DNA from: Torpedo marmorata
Lineage: Eukaryota
DNA length: 64,000 bases
Direction: 5' to 3'
Assembly: GCA_977017645.1 (NCBI GenBank)
Contig: OZ360230.1
Location: 75,268,001 to 75,332,000 of the forward strand
Made by a program: the position numbers and the translations under genes
Notes under the pieces: generated by a model
What the model was told of the DNA's origin: nothing
What the model saw: only the letters and a program-made list of their open reading frames with translations
The model's database searches: none
Shown: one piece after another, positions 36,846 through 50,609 of the stretch
Layout: every line of letters begins with the position of its first letter
Position numbering within the stretch: the first letter of the stretch is position 1

Positions 36846-37283
36846 TTAAGAAATGCTTTACATGTGGCGGCCCGCCACCGCGGAGATCGAACCAGCACAT
36901 CGCGTGGCGCGCGCGGTTGTAAACAGCGGCATAACACACTATAACGCGACCCTTAGCATAGCTAACCGGCGCGGTTGAAAGCTGGAGCAGTACAAGACCA
37001 GCAGCCCTAAAATGGTGCTGGCCAAGCTGCCCAGCAAACAGATCAATACCAGGCTGGGGAAGAAGGGTATTTATATGCAAGAACGTTCCCGCCTGCTATT
37101 GTTATTTATGCGGCTGATGTCAACCAATCAACCAAACGGCGGCAACTCCAACTGTATTAAAGAAGCATTTGCAGCCTAAATAAAGCAGAGAGCTTAACCT
37201 TCCACACTGCGTGTGTGTGTTTCTTCATAGCAGTTGGCTACAATTGGTGATCCCAATGGTTTAGACGGCATCAAAACCCAGCG

Positions 37284-37976
37284 ATGGATAGCGAAGCAGC
37301 GATTGGAGCAGTCGGCCTCAAGCTCCCGACCTTCTGGACAGTTCGACCCGGCGTGTGGTTCGACCAGGCTGAGGCTCAGTTCCAGATTCGGGGCATCACA
37401 GCTGAGACCACATGGTACTACCATGTGGTCAGCACCCTGGATCCAGAGACTGCAGACAAGGTGGCCAACTTCATCCAGAGGCCACCATCGGAAGGCACTT
37501 TCACTGACTTCAAAGAGCTATTAACTGAGACCTTCGGGCTCTCGCGGCGAGAGAGAGGGGCATGGCTGCTCCACCTGGATGGGCTCGGGGACAGATCCCC
37601 GTCAGCACTCATGAACGAGATGCTAGCCATCCTGGGAGACCATGAGCCCTGTGTCATGTTTGAGCAGGCGTTCTTGGAGCAGCTGCCCGAGGACATCCAA
37701 CTGCTCCTGGCTGACGCGGATTTCAGCGACCCCCGGAAAGTCGCAGCATGGGCAGATATTCTGTGGAAGCAGAAACAGAAGTGCTCGGCTACCATGGGGC
37801 TCGTCACGAAGTCTCGCAACCAGACCAAGGCAGGCCCTGGAAAGGAGTGGCAGGCAAGAGGCAGGGACGAGTCCAAGGAGAGATGGTGCTTCTACCACCA
37901 AAGATGGGGCTCCAAGGCCCGCCGATGCCGGTCGCCCTGCGAGTTCCAGGGAAACGACAAGGCCAGCCGTCGCTGA
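37284..37976 (+). CDS. Gypsy gag (open, 230 aa)
   Basis: LKLPTFWTVRPGVWFDQAEAQFQIRGIT...; C-terminal CFYHQRWGSKARRCRSPC. Confidence 0.85.
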   Translation: MDSEAAIGAVGLKLPTFWTVRPGVWFDQAEAQFQIRGITAETTWYYHVVSTLDPETADKVANFIQRPPSEGTFTDFKELLTETFGLSRRERGAWLLHLDGLGDRSPSALMNEMLAILGDHEPCVMFEQAFLEQLPEDIQLLLADADFSDPRKVAAWADILWKQKQKCSATMGLVTKSRNQTKAGPGKEWQARGRDESKERWCFYHQRWGSKARRCRSPCEFQGNDKASRR

Positions 37977-37994
37977 TGGCCACGGCGGCTGGCC
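37949..37994 (+). other. -1 programmed ribosomal frameshift signal (slippery heptamer + stem-loop)
   Basis: G GGA AAC in the gag frame at 37949-37955; 5-nt spacer; 12-bp stem GGCCAGCCGTCG/CGGCGGCTGGCC with 10-nt loop; pol lies in the -1 frame. Confidence 0.8.
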
Positions 37995-40990
37995 ATCGAA
38001 AGAGCCTCCTGTATGTATGGGATCGCCTTTCCGGTAGACGATTCTTGGTGGATACAGGAGCGGAGGTCAGCATGATGCCCCCGACAGGTTTGGACACTAG
38101 ATGCAGGGAAGCGAGCCCCACGTTGAGGGCTGCCAACAACAGCAGCATATGGACCTATGGCAAGCGTAGGGCCGAGCTGCAGTTCGGAGGCAGTCACTTC
38201 TTGTGGGAGTTCACGCTGGCCGCAGTGGAGCAGCCACTCCTCGGAGCGGACTTCCTGCGGGCCCACAGCCTCCTAGTGGACCTCAAGGGCAAGAGATTCA
38301 TGCATGCGGAAAAGTTCCAAACCTTCGCACTGAGGGGCGCCGGGCTCCTGGCACTGCACCTGGACTCCATCTACAGCTTGGACGATGAGTTCTTCAAAGT
38401 GCTGGCCGAGTTCCCAGCAATCCTTTCCCCTCAGTTCATGGTGGAGGTGCCCTGACATGGCGTCAGGCATCACATCCTTACCAAGGGTTCACATCTCCAT
38501 GCAAGGGCAAGACAACTTCCCCCGGAGAAGCTTCAACTGGCCAAGGAGGAGTTCCGCAAGCTCGAGGAGTTAGGCATCGTTCGGCGGTCGGACAGTCCAT
38601 GGGCTTCTCCCCTGGACATGGTGCCCAAAGCATCTGGGGACTGGAGACTGTGCGGCGACTACCGCCGGCTTAATGAGGCCACCACTCCAGATCGTTACCC
38701 CTTGCCACATATCCAGGACTTTGCGGCAAACCTGCATGGAGCGACGATCTTCTCCAAAGTGGACGGTGCAAGGATACCACCAAATCGCGGTGCACCCTGA
38801 CGACATCCTCAAGACGGCCATCATCACTCCATTCTGGCTGTTTGAGTTCCTGAGGATGCCATTCGGACTCAAGAACGCGGCACAGACCTTCCAGAATCTG
38901 ATGGACGCGGTGGGCCGAGACCTGGATGGCACCTTCGTCTACTTAGACGATATCCTGGTGGCGAGCAGAACCCGGCAGGAACATCTACAACACCTCCGAA
39001 GCCTCTACAGTCACCTACGTGAGTTCGGCCTTACTATCAAACTGGCTAAATGCCAGTTCGGGCTGAGCATGATTGAATTCCTGGGCCACAGGATTACCAA
39101 ATGCGGGGCCACGCCACTACCCATCAAGGTGGAGGCTATCCGCAACTTCCCGAGGCCCAGTACGATCAAAGGACTGCAGGAGTTCGTGGGGATGGTCAAC
39201 TTTTATCGCAGATTCATCCCCGCATCTGCTTGAACCATGCGTCCACTCTTCACCCTGATCACCGGCAAGGCGAAGGACTTGACCTGGGACGATGACTCCG
39301 CACAAGCGTTCGTGGAAGCGAAGGAAGCCCTGGCTAATGCTGCACTCCTGGCCCACCCCAGGTCAGACACACCCACAGCCCTCACGGTCGATGCCTCAGG
39401 AACGGGGATTGGTGGAGTTCTGGAGCAGCAGATAGAAGGAAGTTGGCGTCCACTAGCTTTCTTCAGCAAAGATCTGCAGCCCCCTGACCTAAAGAACAGT
39501 GCTTTCGACAGAGAGCTACTGGCGCTATACTTAGCCATCTGCCATTTCTGGTACTTACTAGAGGGAAGGGCTTTCACGGACCACAAGCCACTGACGTTCG
39601 CCCTGGCCAAGATCTCCGATCCCTGGTCGGCCCACCAGCAGAGACACTTGTCTTACATTTCGGAGTATACCACCGACGTAAGGCACATCTCGGGAAAAGA
39701 CAACGTGGTCGCGGACGCCTTGTCGAGACAGAGCATCCACTCTCTGGCTAACGGACTGGATTTCGTGGTACTGGCGGAGGCACAGCAGCAGGACAACGAG
39801 ATGCTTCAGTACAGGACCGCTGTCACGGGGCTGCAGCTTCAGGACATCCCAGTCGGCACAGGTAACACTACCCTCCTGTACGACGTGGCCACCGGGCAGG
39901 TTCGACCTATCGTCCCAACGGCATGGAGGCGACGAGTTTTCGACTCCATCCACGGGCTGGCACATCCATCAATCAGGACCACAGTGGCCAGCAAGTACGT
40001 GTGGCATGGATTGCGGAAACAAGTCAGTGGGTGGGCCAAGACATGCATACAGTGCCAAACAACCAAGGTACAGCGGCACACCAAGGTCCCCCCGCAGCCT
40101 TTCGAGCCAACGGAGCGAAGGTTTGACCACATTCACGTGGACATAGTGGGACCCTTACCAGTCTCACAGGGTTTCCGCTACCCATTCACGGTGGTCGACC
40201 GTTTCACCCGGTGGCCAGAAGCAATCCCCTGGCCGACAAATCCACCAGGTCCTGCGCCAAGGCACTCGTCTCGTCCTGGGTAGCATGGTTCGGGCTACCA
40301 TGCCACATAACCTCCAACAGAGGTGCACAATTTACCACCAGCCTGTGGACTGATGTTGCCAACCTGTGGGGCACTCAGCTACACCACACGACAGCATTCC
40401 ACCCGCAGTCTAACGGGCTGGTTGAGCGCTTCCACAGGCACCTCAAGGCCGCCCTTATGACCAGACTCAAGGGCCCCAACTGGGTTGACGAACTGCCATG
40501 AGCACTGCTGGGGATTCGTACAGCCCCGAAGGAAGACCTCCACACATCCTCCGCTGAGCTCGTCTATGGAGCTCCACTCATGGTCCTCAGGGAGTTCGTC
40601 CCAATGGCCAGAGGTCAACAAGAGGATTCAACCACCTTCCTGGACAGACTGTGGGAAAAGGTCGGTAACCTGGCTCCGATCCCACCCTCCAGACACAGGC
40701 AAGCCAATTCAACATCCCTGAAGAACTCCAAGACTGTGAGTATGTGTTCGTACGCAGAGGGCCACACCATCCACCACTACAGAAGCCCTACGAAGTCCCC
40801 TTCCGAGTCGTCTGGAACAACGGGGCCACCTTCGAACTGGACATCGGTGGCAAACCATAGGTCTTCACCGCAGACACGCTCAAGCCGGCACACACGGACC
40901 CGACACAACCCGTGGAGACGCCAGCACCTCGGCGCAGAGGCAGACCACCAAAGACATTGGGGACTGCATCCACGGACACTATGAATTGTA
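37949..40990 (+). pseudogene. Gypsy pol (PR-RT-RNase H-IN), disrupted
   Basis: FLVDTGAEVS; [11 protein letters not shown]; MPFGLKNAAQTFQ, YLDD; TVDASGTGIGGVL, TDHKPL; HVDIVGPLP, HPQSNGLVERFHR. Confidence 0.9.
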
Positions 40991-42376
40991 GCGCCGGTTC
41001 TGGGGGGGGGGGGGGTCAGGTGGCGGCCCGCCACCACGGAGATCAAGCCGACGCAGCGCGCACGGTAGTAAGCAGCGGCATAACACATTGTAACGCGACC
41101 CTTAGCATAGCGAACCGGCGCGGTTGAAAGCTGGAGCAGTACAAGACCAGCAGCCCTACAATGGCGCTGGCCAAGCTGCCCAGCTAACAGATCAATACCA
41201 GGCTGGGGAAGAAGGGTATTCATGTGCAAGAACGTTCCCGCCCGGTATTGTTATTTATGTGGCTGATGTCAACCAATCAACCAAACGGCGGGAACTCCAA
41301 CTGTATAAAAGAAGCATTTCCAGCCTCAATAAAGCAGAGAGCTTAAACTTCCACACTGCGTGTGTGTGTTTCTTCGTAGCAGTCGGCTACATACGTGCTT
41401 TTCTTTGGGCAAATTCATCAATTACACCAGAAAAATCAAGCAACTTTGCCTTGTCACGGTTGATGTTCAAGATTGCTAATCAATTCAAACGTTCTTGTAT
41501 CATTGTGGACCGAAAGTATGACTTAATTCATTTTAGGACTGAAGCTCCTCTCATTAGAGGCCACTGTTGCTGGCAATGACATAAAAATGCGCAACGCGAT
41601 GAGGACATTTGGGAAAACATTGACAATCTCAAGTTCAATATTTGACCATAAATTTTCTTCGGTAACACAGCATCGAGTTTGAAATTCACATCAAAAATTA
41701 TTTTAAGAAGAAGCACTTCACTCTGAATGTCACTTGAAATATGACTTGGGTATCGCCGCTGAAACTGATTAGCTTTTTGTTACAACTCATTCTCATCTAA
41801 CTGCTTAAAGTGCCACAAGAAATCAAAAAGTCCACAAATGTCCCTGACTGCAGAAAAGCGACGTGAAAGGCCATCGATAACAAAGTCAATTATGTTGAAG
41901 AACACATTCGCCCTGAAGTAATTTTCAGCATCCTTTTGAGTTGGGTACCCCCTGCGAGTAGCAAAACTATCTGGCACACCAATTTGATTGACACATGCCG
42001 TGCTTCTTCAAGTATATCATTCCATTTCTCTCTCAGTTTCAGGATATCTGCCCGTAGTTGATCAATGTTGTCCCTTTCCACATCTAATGTGGCATCACGA
42101 GATTCTATTACCAAGTTGACCTCATGGATCATTGTGAGAACTTTAATCCAAATGGCTGACATCAGTACACGTTCATATTTTTGATACCCTGAAGATCAGA
42201 CTTACACTCTGCTGTCAAATTAGTAACTTCACTCAGCTCTGTCACTGCATTTCTAACACTATCCAAATGCCGTGCAATTGGTCTTACACAGTCAATTCTC
42301 GCTGACCACCTTGTCTTTGACATTTTATGCAGTGAGACAGGAAGGTGTTCTTTCAGTATCTCCCACCGCTGTGGAC

Positions 42377-42581
42377 TTTTTAAAAAATTTAAAAAAAAAT
42401 ATTTTATTTAAAATTTTTAAATCACACAATACATTGTATAAAATGCAAAATTATCAAAATACATGTGATACATTTTCACCCCCCCCACCCTCCCTCCCCT
42501 CCCTAACCCTCCCACCCCTACTAATCTACTAAAATAGAAAAGAAAGAAAGAAAAAGATAAAATAAGGAGAATGTCAATCGA
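42377..42581 (-). mobile_element. L1-clade 3' UTR fragment inserted in the hAT transposase
   Basis: Same 3' UTR as 33020; TSD ccaccgctg(t/g)gga at 42363-42375 and 42582-42594. Confidence 0.85.
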
Positions 42582-44021
42582 CCACCGCTGGGGATTTGAA
42601 CTGAAGACATTGAACATTTTCTGTATGATTCCAAAGAATGTTATAGCTTCACTGCAGGCTTCAGCACAATCCGTCCCAACGAGATTCAGAGTATGATTTG
42701 CACAACTGGAGAAAATGCAGTTCTCATTCTTCTCCTTTAAGATAGCCTGCGCACCACTGTACTTTCCTGCCATATTGGAGCCATTGTCATATTGTCATAT
42801 GCTTGACCCACACAGTCTTCAAAGTTCAGATTGAGACTTACTAAGAAGTCTAATATTTTCTCTGCAGTTTCTTCACCCGTCTTTTTGTAAAATTCATGAA
42901 GTGCAAGAAAGTGTTCTTCATTTGAAAAACTGGTATCTTCCCTCTTCACATATCTGATGATGAATGATAGCTGTTCTTTGTGAGAACAATCAGGCGTTCC
43001 ATCAACAGCAATTGCAAAATACTTTGCAGCTTTTGTTTCTTGAATAATGCTCTTTTGCACAAATGATCCACAGATTTCAAAGAACTCATTTTGTATTTTA
43101 TTTGATAGGTAGTGTACTTGGGGCTGTGTTTCATTCTCCTGTGCATTCCATACACGTGTAACATGTTCGGCTAATACTGAACCATATTTGCTCAGAAGCT
43201 CAACAATACCAAAAAATTTCCTAAATGGCTATTGCCAATTTGTTCAGAAGAACCATGGAAAGCGAGCCCCCTCTCTGACAAAAATAGGATGATATCAAGA
43301 ATGTGATGAAGAATTTTCTTCCATTTATTACTTTCAGCCTTGATCTGGTCAACAATATAATTGTCAATTGAAGTTGAAGCACCGCTCATCGCTGACTTAT
43401 CTGCTTCCTTCCATGCAATATAGTTTTCCTTGTGTTAGTTAGACTTGGAATCCGATCCTTTAATTTTCTCGACCCTTTCTCAATACTCCATCCTGGATGA
43501 CTGGTTAATACTCTCACATTAGAAGAGACATCCCCCTTGGTAAACAAAAACAAGGTGCACAATAGAGTGACTGTTTCACTTGACTCCAACACAGCCAGTC
43601 TCGTTTATATTTCTCTCCGTTTGTCAGTGTTACTGTAAAAAGGCGAGTTGGAAATGAATGATTATCCTTATCCTTTGGAACATCAGTTGGTACTTCAAAG
43701 ACGAACTTTTAGAAATGATTCAGTGTCAATTCTATTCCTCTTATCAATAAGTCCAATGTCGATTTGTGATTTGGAGACTTTTCCAGCTGCGGACCCTTTT
43801 TCATTATTATCAGCATCAGCTTCAGTTGGCAATTGTGGTTCCACTGTTTACTCTATCAGTTTATCATCAGTTTCTTTGGGAGTATTACCTTCTGTATCTG
43901 TAGCTGGTGCTGGTCCAACAGCCTGGTTATCAAGATCAGCGTGGTCATTCTCTGATTCACATTGATGGTGATGTCCAGCTAGGAAGTCAGTAATTGATTT
44001 GGACTTTTTGACAGCTTCTCG

Positions 44022-46581
44022 ATTAAATGCAGACCCTTCTATCTACCCCGTGAGTTCTCATCTGTGATTCTCACTGGAGTTTACATCCCTCCCGATGCCG
44101 ATTACAAGCAGGCACTCGCGGAGCTGCATGATGAGGTCAGTAAACAAGAGACGGCCCAGCCCGACGCACTACAAATCTTAGTCGGCGACTGTAACCAGGC
44201 CAGTGTCAAGAAAATCCTGCCTAACTACCACCAGCATGTAACCTGCTGTACCAGAGGTCCCAGCACACTTGATCACTGCTACACCAAGATAAGGAAGGCT
44301 TACTGTTCTTTCCCGAGACAACACTTTGGCAAGTCTGATCACCTGGCTGTGCTCCTTCTGCCTTCATACAGACAGAACCTAAAGAGAGAGGCTCCGGACG
44401 TCAGGACAGATAGGAAGTGGTCGCAGGAGGCTGAAGAACGGTTACAGGACTTTCTCGAGTCAGTGGATTGGGCGGTGTTCAAGAACTCTACTGAGAATCT
44501 GAACGAGTAAACCGAGGCTGTCACACACTTTATCAAAACAGCTGTGGATGAGTGTGTCCCCACCAAATCATTCAGGGTGTTCCGCAACAAGAAGCCCTGG
44601 ATGAACAGTGAAATCCGGAACCTGCTGAGAGCCAGATCACAGGCATTTATGTCCAGAGATCCAGATCTGTACAGCAGGAGAAGGTATGACCTCCAGAAGG
44701 CTATCTCCCGGGCGAAGTGGAGATTCCGGATGAAAATGAAAACAATAAGGCACACCCAACAGCTGTGGCAGTGTCTGAATGCCATAACCTGTTACAAAAC
44801 CAAATCTGGTAAAGTAGCTGACGGCAAAGCTTCTCTCTCAGAGGAACTCAACGCCTTCTATGCCAGATTTGACGACAGTAACAGCGAAAAACCACCCCTC
44901 TGCACCCCCACGTCCCCTGATGATCCCACCCTGTCCATATCTGAGGATGAAGTGCGTGCTGCCTTCAGGAGAGTGAATCCGAGGAAAGCATTGGCCCAGA
45001 TGGAGTACGTGGCTGAGTGTTAAAGATCTGTGCTGATCAACTTACCAAGGTATTCACGGATATCTTCAATATCTCACTCAGCAGGGCATGGTACCCACCT
45101 GATTCAAACAGGCGTCAATCATACCGGTGCCCAAGAAGAGTGCAGTAACCTGCCTTAACGACTATCGTCCAGTAGCACTTACATCAACAGTGATGAAGTG
45201 TTTTGAAAGGCTGGTGATGAAGCATATAAGCTCCTGTCTGAATGGTGACATGAATTCACTCCAGTTCGCCTATTGCGGCAACAGGTCTATGGCGGATGCC
45301 ATCTCACTGGCCCTACAAAAAGCCCTGGAACACCTGGACAGCAAAGATGCATACATCAGGATGCTCTTTATTGACTACAGTTTGGCATTTAACACCATCA
45401 TCTCCTCAAAACTGAGCAGCAAACTCCAAGACCTGGGAGTTAACACCCCACTGCGTAATTGGATCATGGATTTCCTCACCTCCAGACCACAATCAGTGAA
45501 GATTGGTAAGAACTTTTCCTCCACAATCTCCATCAGTACTGGAGCACCACAGGGCTGTGTTCTTAGCCCCCTGCTCTACTCACTTTACACCTACGACTGT
45601 GTAGCTCTGTATGACAATAACACCATCTACAAATTTGCCGACGATACCACGGTAGTAGGTTGTATAAAGGAAGGGGATAAGTCAGCATACAGGATGGAGA
45701 TTGAAAACCTGGCTGAATGGTGCACCAAAAACAACCTTGCACTCAATGTCATCAAAACTAAGGAGCTGATTGTTGACTTCAGGAAAGGAAAGCCAGAGGT
45801 ATACAATCCAGTGATCATTGGGGGATCAGAGGTGGAGAGGGTGAGCAAATTTAAGTTCTTGGGAGTCACTATCTCAGAGGATCTTTCCTGGACCCAACAC
45901 ACCAATGGCATCGTGAAGAAAGCACGTCAGCGCCTTTACTTCCTCAGGAGCTTGCAGAGGTTTGGTATGTCAACAGAAACCCTGGCAAATTTCTACAGAT
46001 GTGTGGTGGAAAGTGTGCTGATCGGCTGCATCACTGTCTCGTATGGGAACACCAATTCCCCTGAGCGTAAAGCCCTCCAAAAGGTAGTGGACACAGCCCA
46101 GGACATTACTGGCAAAACCCTCCCCACTATTGAGTACATCTACAGGGAACGCTGCCGTCGGAGGGCAGCAGCAATCTTCAAAGACCCACACCACCCAGCA
46201 CACGCTCTGTTCTCGCTGCTGCCATCAGGAGAGAGGTCTAGGTGCCACAAGACTCGCACCACCAGGTTTAGGAACAGCTGCTACCCTTCCACCATCAGAA
46301 TCCTCAACGACAAAGTCAAATCAGAACTCATTTAAGGACTCTTGCTCGTGCACTTTATTGATTTTCCTTTGCTCTCTCTGTATTGCACAGTCAGTTCCAT
46401 TTTCAGTTTCATTCGTTACCTGTTGGCAGTTCTTTTGATTGTTTACATGTTTACGCTATGTACAGTTTACTTTTGCACTACCAATTAGTGGTAATTCTGC
46501 TGTGCCCACAGGAAAAAGAATCTCAGGGTTGTATGTGACGTCATGTTTGTACTCTGACAATAAATCTGAAATCTGAAATCT
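44022..46581 (+). mobile_element. Rex1/Babar-like LINE (partial APE endonuclease + RT) inserted near the hAT transposase start
   Basis: IKCRPFYLPREFSSVILTGVYIPP, TLDHCY, SDHLAV; RT ORF 45127-46335 with [10 protein letters not shown] and KFADD; tail aataaatctgaaatctgaaatct. Confidence 0.92.
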
Positions 46582-49166
46582 ACTTCTTGCAATTTGGCAG
46601 CTTTCTCTTTGCTGCACCACTTTCATATTTTTTTCATTGTGAAAATCTTCTAGGTCATAATTTTGCTTCCACCCACTGACCAATAGATTATATAATATTG
46701 GTAGTAATATTTTGATATTAACCAATAAATCAAGAATCAATATAAGTGTGTAATTATTTGTTTCTTTACTTGTTTAACATTGGTTAAAAATATTGTAAAA
46801 TCTATTGGTCGGTATGTGGTAGCAAAATTACTGACCTTGAAGATTTTCACATACTTTGCAGCTCTATTATATTTAACATAATATAAAATATATTAGCATA
46901 AAAAGTATTTTGCATTAACAGTTAACAAAAAATAAAAGCAAGAGTGTATAAAATGCAAAAGACAGCACTAAACAACAAAGCTAATAATGAAACAATTAAT
47001 TTAAAACATTACAATGTATCTTTTATCAACAAAGCATTGAAACTACTCACAGGCCTGACTACTCAGTGATAGCATTTATCTGCTGTCAAAGCCAAGTTTC
47101 CTGAAATTTAATAAAGAGGTATATGGTGTCGTGAGTGTGCGTGGGTGCTGCGCAGGCTTAGCGCTAATATCTATTTATAAACCAATTACACAACACAACA
47201 AATATATGAGCACGAAGAAACTGATGGGGGTCGACAGGCTCTATCGAGCTACCGCTCGATAGCAAGGCAGACACGATTACTCGTTCCCATGCGATGCGCG
47301 TGCATGGCAAGTGTTGTGGCGGTTGTGAGAAGAGTGGGAATAGATATATTTTTATTTGTGTGTGTGGCCACCACAACAAGATACATATAATAAATTTGGA
47401 ACATAAGTTGGTTTCAGTTATCTGCATTTATTTATCTATATTTTACCTGTATTAATTTTTTATGAATCTTCTTTAAAATATTAATATTTTGTGCTAAAGG
47501 ATCCCCCTTGACTCTCTTTACAATATCAATATTCTTTACCAGGGGGAGTAGTCCCCCTCAAAATCGTAGGCCCAAGCCAACTGGCCCACCTGGCCCCCCC
47601 CTCTATTCTGGCCTAAATTAGATTATCAAACACTGCCAGTACAAGCACCACATGGGGAGCAAGGATTAGAAACAAGCAAGACATGCTTGATGACAGTGGT
47701 CATCACACAATATGGAATAAGACTATATTGCAGGAGAAAAATATCATGGGAGAACCTTGACAGAACCTTTTCTAAAAGTGTTTCAAGTACTGTTCTTTCT
47801 CACTATCAGAGTGGAATGGGAAAATAACAATTTATTCATCTTATTAGAAATACTGTGCTGTCAATGCAGAGTATGTGGCTGTAATTAATTAGGTAGGTTT
47901 TATCTATGAAGCAGTGATTAATGTGGGATTTTAATCTATTCCATACTCCAGGTCTTTCCAATGTAAACTCTGAAGTAATTGGCTGTCTATATCCTTTGCC
48001 CTCCTTCAGCACGGATTGGCCTTTCTGACAGCTCTGTGAACATAAACCAATCTACCTTAATGCATTTGGAATCCATTCCCAGTTACCGAGACCAGTCCAG
48101 AATTTAAGGAGGGAAAGCTGAAGACAAGAGTATTCAATGACTAATCATGGGAAACAGATTCAAAAGAGAAATATTTTGACTGATTATGCACCGGTCATTA
48201 CTCACAATATCCAAAAATTGGCATCTGAATTCAATTAGAAGCTAACAGAATTGCTCATGGAAAACAGAGAATTAGTTAGGAATGATTAAACATCACGGGC
48301 CATCTCACAGCACACCATGTCAGTCAGGTTTGCTTATGCACAATAGAGGTTTTACATTTTTGTGCTCACAAGTTACTGAAAGTATGAACTAATGATAACA
48401 CCGAGGGAGACATGGCATCTGGGACAATATTTATCTCCATAACCAATGAGATTTAATGAGTGGAAGATAAACATTGGTCTGACTGACAATGTGAGTAAAT
48501 CAGACTCAGTGAATTCAATGTCTCATCAAGCAGAGAGTAAACCATTTATGGGTAGAGGATTGATTAGATTCAAGGACAAAGGAAAAGTAAGGAGTCTTTG
48601 TGAAAACGAAAAGTTTAATTTGAAAAATAAATTCAGGACCATTTACATGCTTAAGAATTGAGACTCCACCCTTATAATTGCTCACTTCCCGGACAAAAGG
48701 TTGATTACAAATTATGAATAATTATCATTAAAGAAGGTACTGGCATATTAATTGAACATAATCCATAACCTTTTTTTAGTGAAATATCAATTAAATCAAC
48801 CTATGGTTTCTTCATACTTAAGTTGGCTCAGGAACAACAACACTATCGTATAGCACAAGAGATTATAATGCATCATACATCTCAGCAAGCTTTACATTTC
48901 AATGCTTTGCCAGTCAAAAGCACAATTTTGATAACAATTTACTTAAGAATGTGATATTAGACGATTGTCGTTAAATACCTTTCTCTCTCAGATTTATACT
49001 AATTTGTAGATTGAAACATTACTGTACAGACATTACATATATAAACCAGCACTATGATATTCATCAGGAGGAAGGTGATTGTAAACTGCATCAGCGAAAA
49101 GTGAATTTTAAGTAATTTCTCAAATTTAAGGAAAGAAAAATAAACCCCTCAAGAGTTTCAGGCAAA

Positions 49167-49996
49167 AAATCATTGGAAAGAATTATGTAAATTAAGTATA
49201 ACGAAGATTATTAATGTTAGATATAGATTAGTACAATATATTTTAATTTTTTCAACAGTTATATTTAACACCTAAAAAATTAAAGAAATTTAATCCGACA
49301 TTATCAGGTTTATGTTTTAGATGTAATAAAGAGGAAGGGTCTTTTGTACATTGTACATGGTTTTGTCCAAAAGTTTATGATTTTTGGTTGAAAGTTAAAA
49401 ACTTTTTAGATAAAGTATTTAAGATTACATTTCCAATGGATCCTATGATATTTTTGTTTGGAGATATTAGAAAATTTAGTATTAGGATGAAACTAAATAT
49501 GTATCAGATAGAATTTTTGCGAATTGCTTTAGCTGTTTCAAAGATGTGCATTGCTATTACTTGGAAATCTGATTTAGATTTAGGATTAGAAAGATGGCAT
49601 GCAGAACTTCGTTCATGTATACCACTTGAAAAAATTACTTATAATTTATGTAATAAATATCATTTCTTTTTAAAAATATGGAGCCCATATATGAAAGCTG
49701 TTGGTTTAAGGATTTGAAGATCTCTAGATATCGGATCTGCTGGCATACTTGACCTCCATAATAGAATTAGTTTATAGATTGACATTCCCCTTACTCTATC
49801 TTTTTCTTTCTTTTTTTTCTTCTTTTTCTATTTTTATTTTTTATATTTTTATTTTTATTAGATTAGTGGGATTGGGAGGGTTGGGGAGGGGAGGGAGGGA
49901 AGGGGGGTGAAATTGTATCACAAATAATTTGACAATTTTATATTCCATTTTATGTATTTTGTGATTTAAAAATTTTAAATAAAATATTTTTAAAAA
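49167..49996 (+). mobile_element. L1-clade 3' fragment
   Basis: LRSCIPLEKITYNL...WSPYMKAVGLRI; 16-bp TSD aagagtttcaggcaaa at 49151-49166 and 49997-50012. Confidence 0.9.
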
Positions 49997-50609
49997 AAGA
50001 GTTTCAGGCAAACTAACTGCGCATACTCGTGAAATGCAGAAATCTGTAGCATCACGGAATACAATTGACATATTGAATTTCATGAATATAAATTACATTC
50101 ATTTTTAAAATTTCCATGCACGTTATATTGAATATATTCCACTTTGTGACTTCCTAATCTCATGGTCACTACTGGAACAGTTACCACCAGGCAAATGCGC
50201 AAGCATTATGAGGAACAGCATTTCTTACCAGTTATTAGTGAATCAGACTGAACAATTAAATAGCACAATATTCTGAAGCTAATTGTTGCATTTATGTTTC
50301 TTTGATAACACAGAAAGCATCTCCATTAGTGGAATTTTAACTCCTCTGATCTCACAGAAATGTTTAACTGTACAAAGAACCTATTTAGATACCATCTGAA
50401 AAATATTGTTTTACAATGATCATACCAGCCAATTGAAATCAATTGCATATCTCTTTGTATGCACCTTGAATAAAGGCAGCACTAGCAATCAATTTGCCAA
50501 ATTTTATGTTAAGGTGTTATAATTGGCATCCTTGATATGTGCAGATAGACTGCTGGTTTTCCTTCAAAAACCATGAGCTGCAATCAGCTTTGAAATATAC
50601 TGAAAGCAG

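Larger units (their letters stand above)
36863..41391 (+). mobile_element. Full-length CsRN1-clade Gypsy LTR retrotransposon
   Basis: LTRs 36863-37242 and 41019-41391; decayed tRNA-Trp PBS TGGTGATCCCAATG at 37245; poly-G PPT at 41002-41015; 4-bp TSD taca/tacg; gag Cx2Hx9Cx3C motif. Confidence 0.95.
35391..47615 (-). mobile_element. hAT transposon (ZMYM1-like/Tip100-type transposase) inflated by nested insertions
   Basis: Termini caggccc... / ...ggccta; flanks acttagatt / aattagatt; transposase fragments from about 46638 (KYESGAAKRK) through YFAIAVDGTPDCSHKEQLS, GQAYD, SCANHTLNL, LPATVASNERSFS to AQRKARKAFL at 36850. Confidence 0.8.
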
